Positions 18,005 through 25,797 of a stretch of 44,041 nt of DNA are shown here, piece after piece. Within the stretch, counting starts at the first letter, position 1. Every line of letters begins with the position of its first letter. The notes beneath the pieces are model-generated. The model made no database searches. It was not told the DNA's origin and saw only the letters and a list, made by a program, of their open reading frames with translations. The DNA is from an uncultured Bacilli bacterium (lineage in GTDB: Bacteria > Bacillota_I > Bacilli_A > RF39 > UBA660): the NCBI GenBank assembly GCA_934096755.1, contig CAKOMU010000001.1, positions 1 through 44,041 of the forward strand, in the 5' to 3' direction. The translations under genes and the position numbers were made by a program.

Positions 18005-19076
18005 GGCCGTTTATGTACATATTCCTTTTTGTCATAATATTTGTTCTTATTGTGATTTTTGTAAGTTTTTATATAATGAAAAGTGGGTATATGCTTATTT
18101 TAAAGCATTAAAAAACGAGATTAATGATCGATATATGGGAGATAAAATTGAAACTATATATATCGGTGGTGGGACGCCTAGTTACCTTAGTTTAAAAGAA
18201 ATTGAAAAATTAATGGGGATGTTAAGTGTCTTGGATACTAGTGAGTTAAAGGAATTTACATTTGAGTGTAACTTAGAGGATATTACAGAAGAATTATTAG
18301 ATTTATTAAAAAAATATCGAGTAAATAGACTTAGTATTGGGATTCAATCATTTAATAAAAAAAATTTGGCTTTTATGGAAAGACAAGCTGATTTTAAAGA
18401 TGCATTATATAAAATGAATATGTGTCGTAAAAAAGGATTTCAAAATATTAATTTGGATTTGATGTATGCCATACCAGGTGAAACATTAAAAGATTTGAAA
18501 AAAGATTTAGAGTTGTTTCGTAAATTAAATCCTACCCATATTAGTGCTTATAGTTTGATATTAGAAGAGCATACCAAAGCTTATGTCAATAAAACTACAT
18601 ACATAGAAGAAGAATTAGATTATGAGATGTATAAATTGATTACTAATATGCTTGATGGTGCTAATCATTATGAAATTAGTAATTATGCAATTGAAGGCTA
18701 TGAATGTTTGCATAATTTAGTGTATTGGAATAATGAAGAGTATTATGGGTTTGGTTTAGGGGCTAGTGGTTATCTAGATGGTATTCGTTATACTAATACT
18801 AAAAATTTAAAAGATTATTTACTAGGTAATTATGTTAGTAGTAGAGAAATTATTAAAGATAAAGAAGCGATGGATTATGAACTTATGCTGGGGTTAAGAA
18901 AGTTTTCCGGCATAAATATTAAAAAATTTTATGAAAAATTTGGTTATAATTTGTTGGAAGTTTATGATTTGAAGAAACTATTAAAAAATAAAGAATTGAT
19001 TAAAAAAAGAGGATATATTTACGTAAATCCTATGTATATGTATGTCATGAATGAGATACTTCTACAAATAATTTAA
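17997..19076 (+). CDS. hemW: Radical SAM heme chaperone HemW (HemN-like)
   Basis: VYVHIPFCHNICSYCDF carries the CxxxCxxC motif. IYIGGGTP is present, and the position after lepA fits. Confidence 0.9.
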   Translation: MAKAVYVHIPFCHNICSYCDFCKFLYNEKWVYAYFKALKNEINDRYMGDKIETIYIGGGTPSYLSLKEIEKLMGMLSVLDTSELKEFTFECNLEDITEELLDLLKKYRVNRLSIGIQSFNKKNLAFMERQADFKDALYKMNMCRKKGFQNINLDLMYAIPGETLKDLKKDLELFRKLNPTHISAYSLILEEHTKAYVNKTTYIEEELDYEMYKLITNMLDGANHYEISNYAIEGYECLHNLVYWNNEEYYGFGLGASGYLDGIRYTNTKNLKDYLLGNYVSSREIIKDKEAMDYELMLGLRKFSGINIKKFYEKFGYNLLEVYDLKKLLKNKELIKKRGYIYVNPMYMYVMNEILLQII

Positions 19077-19111
19077 ATGTTTTAGAGCACACTATAAAGG
19101 GAGATGATAGT

Positions 19112-19519
19112 GTGCTTTTAAATTTGGAAGTTTTAAATGGTGTTATGACGATTGATTTTGATCCATTAATTGATACTTACACTGTTGATGTTGCTAGTGA
19201 TGTCGATAGTTTGGTTCTTAATTATGAATTGTCTACTGATAGTAATCTTAAAATAATCAATAATGAAGATTTAGTAGAGGGAGAAAATATTATTTATTTA
19301 GAAGTAAGTAGTCAAAAAGATATGAATACCTATACTTTATTAGTTAATAAAGAAAGTACACAAAGTGTATTTAATTATGAAAATATGGCTGATAGTTTAG
19401 ATGTTTATCATGAAAAACAACCCAATAGTGTATTAATTGGGGGTGGCACTTTTTTAATCATTATTCTTTGCTTTATAATTATTTTTCGACCAAGACTCAA
19501 GCATAAAAAAGTAAAATAA
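19112..19519 (+). CDS. Small protein with a cadherin-like beta-sandwich-type domain and a C-terminal TM anchor
   Basis: GTG start with SD AAGGGAG 8 nt upstream. L.L.V..G....F.P....Y.V.V.......L is the pattern typical of cadherin-like beta-sandwich domains. The C-terminus is VLIGGGTFLIIILCFIIIF followed by RPRLKHKK. Confidence 0.5.
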   Translation: MLLNLEVLNGVMTIDFDPLIDTYTVDVASDVDSLVLNYELSTDSNLKIINNEDLVEGENIIYLEVSSQKDMNTYTLLVNKESTQSVFNYENMADSLDVYHEKQPNSVLIGGGTFLIIILCFIIIFRPRLKHKKVK

Positions 19520-19597
19520 CTTTTTTTATCAAAATTTTAAAAAAAATCTAAACGAGCCTTCTTTTTAACTAATAAATATAGTGAAGGAGGTGAATAG

Positions 19598-21637
19598 ATG
19601 AAGATAGTTTTACAAAGAGAAGAAAAAGATTGTGGAATATGTTGTCTTAGTATGATTATTCAGTATTATAAAGGTTTTGTACCATTAGAAGTGTTGCGAA
19701 TGGATGCTAAAACTGATAAAAATGGAACATCAGCTTTAAATATGGTTTTGACAGCGCAAAAATATGGTTTTGATGCCATGGGATTAAAATTAGATAATCT
19801 AAGTGATATACCCCAATTGCCTTCGATTGCTCATTTACAATTAAAAAATGGGTATACACATTATGTGTTAATTTTAAAAGTAACTAAAAATAAAGTAACT
19901 ATTATTGATCCTGCAAAAGGAAAGGAGGTTTTAAGTCTTGCAAAATTTAAGCAGGATTGGACTGGAGTAGTTATTGTTTTTTATCCTAAACGGAAAATTG
20001 TTGTGTTAAAAAATAAGACTACTTTATTCAAAATATTAAAAAATATTTATAAACAAGAAAAGAAAATTATAAATATCATTATGATTGTCAATTTGCTTTT
20101 TATTATTCTATCTATCATAGGTGAATATTATCTACAAACTATGATGGGAGTTATTAATGGTTTTTATGATTATCGGTATATCAAATGGTTGTTTTTGTTA
20201 TTCTTTTTCTTTTTGATAAGTAAAATTTGGATGGGAAATTTTCGCCTTTATTTAGAAAATCATGTTCATAAAAGTGTTTCTGGTGTTTTATATCGTGATT
20301 TTTTAAGTCATCTATTTAAACTTCCTTTAGAACAAATTACTTCGCGAAAATCTGGTGATATTGTTGCTAGAGTAGAGGATTTAAACAGTATTAGCCAGAT
20401 TCTCGTGGAATTTGTCGGTGGAATTGTTTTAGATTTAACATTGTTAGCTTTGGTCTTAATAATCCTTATAAATATCAATCTTTATTTATTTATGAGTGTA
20501 TTTATCTTGTCTTTAATTTATCTATTTATTTGTTTTTTTACCTATAAGGTGATTTATAAAAAAGCATATAACAATATTTGTTTAGCTAATGATAGTTTAA
20601 ATAGTTTATATGAGAGCGTTAAAATGATATCTAGTATAAAAAATATGAATTGTGAAGATGTTGTTTTAAAGAAGATGGAAAAGAAAGTATGTAATTTTTT
20701 ATTTGATGAGTTTAAGTTTAAAAATTTATTAAATAAGATAGGTATTTTGAAAAATATAATCGATGAATTATATTTTTTTATGACTACTTCTTTGGGGATT
20801 TGGTTGGTTTTTAAACAAAAAATAGATATTTGGCATTTGATAACATTTAATATGATTTTAAATTTATATGTAAGTTTTATCAAAAAAATAGGTGATGGTT
20901 TACCAAAGTTAAGTATGCTTAGAGCTAGCTTAACTAAGGTTAATGAGTTTTTAAATATAATACCTGAAAAAAGTGGAAGATTAGAAGTATTGAATAATTA
21001 TAGTCTTAAAGGTGTTAATCTCAGTTATCAATATAATTCGCTTAAACAAATTTTTACTAATTTAAATTTTGAAATTAAAGAAGGAGAGTTTGTGTTATTA
21101 AAGGGGCCAAGTGGATGTGGAAAATCCACGGTTTGTCATATGTTAAATAAATGTCTTAGTGATTTTCAAGGTTTGCTGATGATTGGTGATGTTAATATTA
21201 AAGATTTAAGTGTGCAATCCGTACGTAATAATATTTTGTATGTAGGACAAAATGAAGCTTTGGAAACAGATTCGATTTATAATAATATTATCTTTAATCG
21301 AGAAGTTTCAAATGAACTATTTAGAAATGTGTGTGAGATTTGTCATTTAGATCAAATAGTAGAAAATAAAGTTTTACGATATGAAAGTATTATTAGCGAT
21401 GAAGAAGGGACTATTTCTGGTGGTGAAAGACAAAGAATTATATTAGCTCGAGCTTTACTCAATCAATTTAAGATACTTATTTTAGATGAAGCTTTAAGTG
21501 AGGTTGATATGGGGATGGAAATGGATATAATTACAAAATTAAGAAATAGTTTTTGGCAAAAAACAATTATTTTTATTAGTCATAAAAAATATAAAAAAAT
21601 ATTTGATCAAGAAATTGATTTAGGAAAATGTCAATGA
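19598..21637 (+). CDS. Peptidase C39 domain-containing ABC transporter (double-glycine-leader peptide processing and export; ComA/LagD/LcnC type)
   Basis: The N-terminal C39 domain has QREEKDCGICCLSMI (catalytic Cys) and HYVLIL (His). A multi-TM domain follows, then Walker A GPSGCGKST, signature ISGGERQR and Walker B ILILDEA. SD GAAGGAGG lies upstream. Confidence 0.9.
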   Translation: MKIVLQREEKDCGICCLSMIIQYYKGFVPLEVLRMDAKTDKNGTSALNMVLTAQKYGFDAMGLKLDNLSDIPQLPSIAHLQLKNGYTHYVLILKVTKNKVTIIDPAKGKEVLSLAKFKQDWTGVVIVFYPKRKIVVLKNKTTLFKILKNIYKQEKKIINIIMIVNLLFIILSIIGEYYLQTMMGVINGFYDYRYIKWLFLLFFFFLISKIWMGNFRLYLENHVHKSVSGVLYRDFLSHLFKLPLEQITSRKSGDIVARVEDLNSISQILVEFVGGIVLDLTLLALVLIILININLYLFMSVFILSLIYLFICFFTYKVIYKKAYNNICLANDSLNSLYESVKMISSIKNMNCEDVVLKKMEKKVCNFLFDEFKFKNLLNKIGILKNIIDELYFFMTTSLGIWLVFKQKIDIWHLITFNMILNLYVSFIKKIGDGLPKLSMLRASLTKVNEFLNIIPEKSGRLEVLNNYSLKGVNLSYQYNSLKQIFTNLNFEIKEGEFVLLKGPSGCGKSTVCHMLNKCLSDFQGLLMIGDVNIKDLSVQSVRNNILYVGQNEALETDSIYNNIIFNREVSNELFRNVCEICHLDQIVENKVLRYESIISDEEGTISGGERQRIILARALLNQFKILILDEALSEVDMGMEMDIITKLRNSFWQKTIIFISHKKYKKIFDQEIDLGKCQ

Positions 21638-22035
21638 ATTATAGTTATTTAATTAATATACCAGTCAAAATAAAATTTATTTTAGTAGTGTTTATCATAC
21701 AAATAATTTTTATTTTGATACTCATTTTATTTTTTCCTGTTTATCGAGTCTATTCGACTTATTTTTATGTCGATCAAGATTTGATATACATTAAATTACC
21801 TATTAATAACCCTGATATTATTGAGAAAATGGAGTATGGAATAATAAATGAGAAAAAGTATAATTTGATAGTAAAAAATATTAGCCCAGTGATGGTTAAT
21901 AAAGAAACAATGGAAAATTATCAGTTGGTAGCGCTAGAAAGTCCTAAGGAATTTTTTAATGATGAAATTATTAAAATAGATATTTATTATGATAGACAAA
22001 AAGTGTGGAGAAAAATAAAACAATGGTTATTTTAG
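21628..22035 (+). CDS. Small single-TM protein coupled to the ABC exporter (candidate mini accessory or immunity protein)
   Basis: The start overlaps the transporter stop (either ATG 21628 or ATG 21634 in ATGA). N-terminal TM FILVVFIIQIIFILILILFF is followed by a beta-rich region of about 95 aa. It ends 9 nt before peptide gene A. Confidence 0.6.
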   Translation: MSMNYSYLINIPVKIKFILVVFIIQIIFILILILFFPVYRVYSTYFYVDQDLIYIKLPINNPDIIEKMEYGIINEKKYNLIVKNISPVMVNKETMENYQLVALESPKEFFNDEIIKIDIYYDRQKVWRKIKQWLF

Positions 22036-22044
22036 GAGGTAGAT

Positions 22045-22176
22045 GTGAAATTATCAGTGAGTGAATTAGAAAATATTAATGGTGGAAATGTCACGACTTG
22101 GTACATATTAGCTGGAGTTGGGGTATTTTTAGCAGGACTTTTTGTAGGTTTTTTTAATGGTAAATCTTGTAAATAG
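22045..22176 (+). CDS. Double-glycine-leader bacteriocin prepeptide A (43 aa; not in the ORF track)
   Basis: AGGAGG lies 5 nt upstream of GTG 22045. The translation is (M)KLSVSELENINGG / NVTTWYILAGVGVFLAGLFVGFFNGKSCK. The leader fits LSxxELxxIxGG, and the mature part is hydrophobic with G31xxxG35xxxG39. Confidence 0.8.
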   Translation: MKLSVSELENINGGNVTTWYILAGVGVFLAGLFVGFFNGKSCK

Positions 22177-22185
22177 GAGTATTTT

Positions 22186-22341
22186 ATGAAACTTAGTGGA
22201 GAAAAATTAAGCCAAATAGTAGGTGGAGGAGTGACCGTATCCTTGCTTAATTCGTTATCAAGAATTGCAAGTACAATATATGATATTGGCTATGCGTTGG
22301 GATCAACTGTGCGAAAGCTATTTGGATCAAATACTTGTTAA
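22186..22341 (+). CDS. Double-glycine-leader bacteriocin prepeptide B (51 aa; not in the ORF track)
   Basis: SD TAGGAG lies 7 nt upstream of ATG 22186. The translation is MKLSGEKLSQIVGG / GVTVSLLNSLSRIASTIYDIGYALGSTVRKLFGSNTC. The mature part is amphipathic and cationic with GYALG (GxxxG). A terminator follows immediately. Confidence 0.8.
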   Translation: MKLSGEKLSQIVGGGVTVSLLNSLSRIASTIYDIGYALGSTVRKLFGSNTC

Positions 22342-22363
22342 AAAGGTTTAAATAACCTTTTTT
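22342..22363 (+). terminator. Rho-independent terminator closing the bacteriocin operon
   Basis: AAAGGTT / AACCTTT stem with loop TAAAT and a T-run. Confidence 0.6.
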
Positions 22364-22407
22364 ATTACAGAAATTAGGATAAGTTAGCGATTTTTGGCAA
22401 AAAAACG

Positions 22408-22436
22408 TTGTAAAGCTGGACCTCTTTTGTTATAAT
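22408..22436 (+). promoter_or_regulatory. Promoter of rpsU-yqeY
   Basis: TTGTAA, a 17-nt spacer, then TGtTATAAT (extended -10). Confidence 0.65.
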
Positions 22437-22466
22437 ATTTTATGAAAAACGAAGGGAGGGCTGGAA

Positions 22467-22652
22467 ATGACAAAAGTAGTTGTACAAAATGGGAATGTTG
22501 ATTTAGCATTAAAAAAGTTTAAAGCAAAAGTTGCAAGAAGTGGAGTCCCTTCTGAAATCAAAAAAAGAAAACACTATGAAAAACCTGGTGTTAGAAGAAG
22601 AAACGAAATTAAAGAAGGAATTAAAAATTCTCATAAAAGAAATAGAGGATAG
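22467..22652 (+). CDS. rpsU: 30S ribosomal protein S21
   Basis: LKKFKAKVARSGV...KRKHYEKPGVRRR matches S21. SD GAAGGGAGG lies upstream. Confidence 0.95.
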   Translation: MTKVVVQNGNVDLALKKFKAKVARSGVPSEIKKRKHYEKPGVRRRNEIKEGIKNSHKRNRG

Positions 22653-22655
22653 ATA

Positions 22656-23102
22656 ATGTACGAAAAGATTAATGAAGATTTGAAATCAGCGATGAAAGAG
22701 AAAGATACTTTTAAATTATCTGTGTTGAGAATGTTAAAAAGTGCATTGCAGTTAGAAAAAATTGCCAAGAAACATGAACTAGATGATAATGAAGTAGCTG
22801 GTGTTTTAAAAAAACAAGTTAAATTGAGAAAAGATTCTTTAGAAGAATATGAGAAGTATAATAAGGTAGAATTGATAGATTCTTTAAAAAAAGAAATAGA
22901 AATTCTGGCGATGTATTTACCACAAGAGTTAAGTGATGCCGAATTAGAAAAAATTGTTGATGATACTTTTATGGAAGTTAATCCGGAAAGTATGAAAGAT
23001 ATTGGCAAAGTTATGAAAGTTGTAAATGAAAAATTAGTTGGTAAAAATGCTGATATGTCAAAGATTAGTAAATTAGTTAAAGAAAAATTAAGTACGAAGT
23101 AA
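22656..23102 (+). CDS. yqeY: GatB/YqeY domain-containing protein
   Basis: INEDLKSAMKEKDTFKLSVLRMLKSAL matches the family. The position after rpsU is as in B. subtilis. Confidence 0.88.
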   Translation: MYEKINEDLKSAMKEKDTFKLSVLRMLKSALQLEKIAKKHELDDNEVAGVLKKQVKLRKDSLEEYEKYNKVELIDSLKKEIEILAMYLPQELSDAELEKIVDDTFMEVNPESMKDIGKVMKVVNEKLVGKNADMSKISKLVKEKLSTK

Positions 23103-23175
23103 AAAATCAAGAAAAAAACTTGGTTTTTTTTTGAAAATGTGATAGAATAACCTTCGCGAAAGAGAGGAAGTTTTT

Positions 23176-23970
23176 ATGAATAAAATAAATAATGAAGATA
23201 TAAATAAGATTGCTAAATTATTTAAAGAAGAATGTACTAAGGAAGATGTTGCTAAGTTATACAGTGATCCAGAAAAAACGAATAGAATAGATCAAGTATT
23301 AAATGATAATAAAAAGGATTTCTTGAATTATATAGGTGAAAATAGTGAAAGAGTGCAAAATATTGATACTGTTAAGGTTGTTTTCTTTATTGGTTTAATA
23401 GTAAGTTCTTGTGCTTTAGTTCAAAGTGTCGTACTACCAATATTTAACTTATTAATGAACCCTGTTATGTTAGGAGTTGCTCAAACTATATTTCCCATAT
23501 CGTTATTAGGAACTGTATTTTGTCAAGGAGTTAAGCATCATTATGTTAGTAAAAAATATAATGAAGTTTTGGCTAGTATAGATAAATATAAAAAGGAATT
23601 GGTAGTAGAACCAAAGAAACAAGAAATGTTAAAAAAAGAAAGAAACATTACGGAAAAGGAATTATTTCAACAAATATTGAGTGATATTAAGATATTAGAA
23701 AATAATTATAAAGATGAATTGTTTCAAGATCGTTGGGAATTAATTATGTTGGCTAAAGAAATCACTGGTAATTTTGGTATTAATAAAGAAGTGTCTTTTG
23801 ATGAGTTAGAAGAAACTAAAAAAGCAGAATATGTAAAAAAAGTTAGTAGTATAGAACAACATATTTATATGAGTAATTTAAAAACATGGGATAATCAAGA
23901 ACAACATGCGGAAATTCATTTGGAGAGTGATAAATCCTTTTCTTTAACTAGAAGTAAAAATCATCGTTAG
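23176..23970 (+). CDS. Hypothetical membrane protein (two central TM helices, coiled-coil-like C-terminus)
   Basis: Hydrophobic segments VVFFIGLIVSSCALVQSVVLPIF and VAQTIFPISLLGTVFCQG. SD AGAGAGGAAG lies upstream. I recognise no family. Confidence 0.6.
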   Translation: MNKINNEDINKIAKLFKEECTKEDVAKLYSDPEKTNRIDQVLNDNKKDFLNYIGENSERVQNIDTVKVVFFIGLIVSSCALVQSVVLPIFNLLMNPVMLGVAQTIFPISLLGTVFCQGVKHHYVSKKYNEVLASIDKYKKELVVEPKKQEMLKKERNITEKELFQQILSDIKILENNYKDELFQDRWELIMLAKEITGNFGINKEVSFDELEETKKAEYVKKVSSIEQHIYMSNLKTWDNQEQHAEIHLESDKSFSLTRSKNHR

Positions 23971-24061
23971 GTGGTTTTTTTATTTTGGTAAATTTTGTTT
24001 GTATTAATTAACTTTTTATGATAATATTAAGTAGGATAGAAAATATAGAAGGAGTTTTAAT

Positions 24062-25558
24062 ATGAAGAAAAAGATTGTTCTATTAATGACATTATTGTTG
24101 ATGATGCCATTAGTAGTTGGTGCTAAAAAATTGAGCTATTCTCAAACTGGTGCTGTAGGCGGTTCTACAGTTGGTTCTGGTGGAGTATTTCGTGATGTGG
24201 TAGTAGATGGTGATAAGTATGTTGCTGTAGGCTATAGAAAAGATACAAAAGGGTTAATTTCTTTAATTTCGACATTTGATTTTATTGATGAGAAAGAAAA
24301 TTCGAATCTTGCCCCTAATCCGGAATATTCAAAAGAATATAACGGTAGTGCTGAATGTATTGCGTTTAAGGCAATAGATAAAAAAAGTGATGGATATGTG
24401 GTTGTTGGTAATTCACTAGATTGTGGAAATCAATCGCCTAAAGTAGCTAGTATAGTTTTATACGATAAGAAAATAAATTATTATAAAGGTACCAGTATGC
24501 AAAATGGCGATAAGAGTATTTTATTTAATGATGTTGTTGCTACAAGCGATGGATACATAGTTGTTGGTGCTAAACAAAATGCAAGTAAGACTAAAGCTTT
24601 GATTGTCAAATATAATGCTGATTTAACTTCTGTGACTTGGCAAAAAGAAGTTGATATTATTGATGAAAATGGTTTTAGTTCAGTAGTAAAAACTTATGAT
24701 GGTAATTTTGTGGCTGTAGGTAAAGATCAAAATAAAAAAGCAGTAATATATAAGTTTGATGCTAATGGTGATGTTATTTGGGTTAAGTATGGGAATAGTG
24801 ATTTTTCAGCCGATAACTTTAATGATATTACAGAAGCAAGCGATCACAGTTTAGTGGCAGCGGGAAGTTTGAATGATAATTCAGTTATAGTTAAGTTGGA
24901 TGCTTCAGGTAATATGTTGTGGCATAAGGAAAGTACAGCTAGTGAAAAAAATAATTTTAATTCTATTTCAGTAGATGAAAAGAGTTATTTCGTACTGAAA
25001 CAAAAACATGAAGGAACTAATGATAATTATTCAACTAAGACATTGGGAATTTTTGTATATGATGAATCTGGAAATGAGTTATATCATCTTGATGGAACTA
25101 AAGAAGAATATTGGAATTTTGAAAAGTTAAGAATTTATGGAGGGAATTATGTTGTTGTCGCTGGATATAATAACGCTTTGGAGGGCAATACTTCTAATCC
25201 AGATCATGCGATGATATATATGTTATATTATGCAGGACAACATACTATTACTATAAACAATAAAACTAATGGCAGTACTGAGAGTAAAATATATTATGAA
25301 GATGATGAAATAATTTTAAAGGATTTATTAGGTGAATATACAGAAATTAGTATTACTTATGTTAATGGTAATAAATTAGAATTTAATGATGGAAAATTTA
25401 TAATGCCAGATTGTGATGTAGTGATTACTATTATAACAGAAATAAAACAAAACCCTAAAACTGGTAATATTGTGCCAATTTTGTTAGGTACTTGTGGCGT
25501 TGTTGGGGCGGTAGTAATTCTTAATTATACTAAGAAACGAAATAAGTTTTTAAAGTAA
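24062..25558 (+). CDS. Cell-wall-anchored surface protein with repeated beta-propeller-like units and an NPKTG sorting signal
   Basis: Signal peptide MKKKIVLLMTLLLMMPLVVGA. Recurring units DGYVVVGN / DGYIVVGA / DGNFVAVGK / DHSLVAAGS / GNYVVVAGY. The C-terminus is NPKTG (25451-25465), a hydrophobic stretch, then KKRNKFLK. Confidence 0.75.
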   Translation: MKKKIVLLMTLLLMMPLVVGAKKLSYSQTGAVGGSTVGSGGVFRDVVVDGDKYVAVGYRKDTKGLISLISTFDFIDEKENSNLAPNPEYSKEYNGSAECIAFKAIDKKSDGYVVVGNSLDCGNQSPKVASIVLYDKKINYYKGTSMQNGDKSILFNDVVATSDGYIVVGAKQNASKTKALIVKYNADLTSVTWQKEVDIIDENGFSSVVKTYDGNFVAVGKDQNKKAVIYKFDANGDVIWVKYGNSDFSADNFNDITEASDHSLVAAGSLNDNSVIVKLDASGNMLWHKESTASEKNNFNSISVDEKSYFVLKQKHEGTNDNYSTKTLGIFVYDESGNELYHLDGTKEEYWNFEKLRIYGGNYVVVAGYNNALEGNTSNPDHAMIYMLYYAGQHTITINNKTNGSTESKIYYEDDEIILKDLLGEYTEISITYVNGNKLEFNDGKFIMPDCDVVITIITEIKQNPKTGNIVPILLGTCGVVGAVVILNYTKKRNKFLK

Positions 25559-25797
25559 CAAGGTAACGATAAATGAAATTGTAAGATAAAAGCGTACAAA
25601 AAAGTGTATGCTTTTATTTTGGTTCTAACTTAGTAGAGCAAATGGAAACATTACTATTTAAAAAAGAAAAATATATTGATTTTGATTGTAAATGTCAATA
25701 TTTTTTGTAGGTTTTTGTCATTTTTATTTTGTATCGCAATATAAAAAACAGTTGAGCATAGAACTCAACTAGGTTTTAAAGAATATTTTGTGTGTGT

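Noticed and set aside
22631-23110. 159-aa minus-strand ORF spanning all of yqeY
   Set aside because: It is a perfect antisense shadow of a conserved GatB/YqeY gene. The sequence is Ser/Phe/Leu-rich with no recognisable motif or ribosome-binding site.
25642-25710. 22-aa ORF METLLFKKEKYIDFDCKCQYFL in the intergenic region after the surface protein gene
   Set aside because: It has only a weak SD (GAG), no promoter or terminator of its own and no recognisable motif. It is probably fortuitous.
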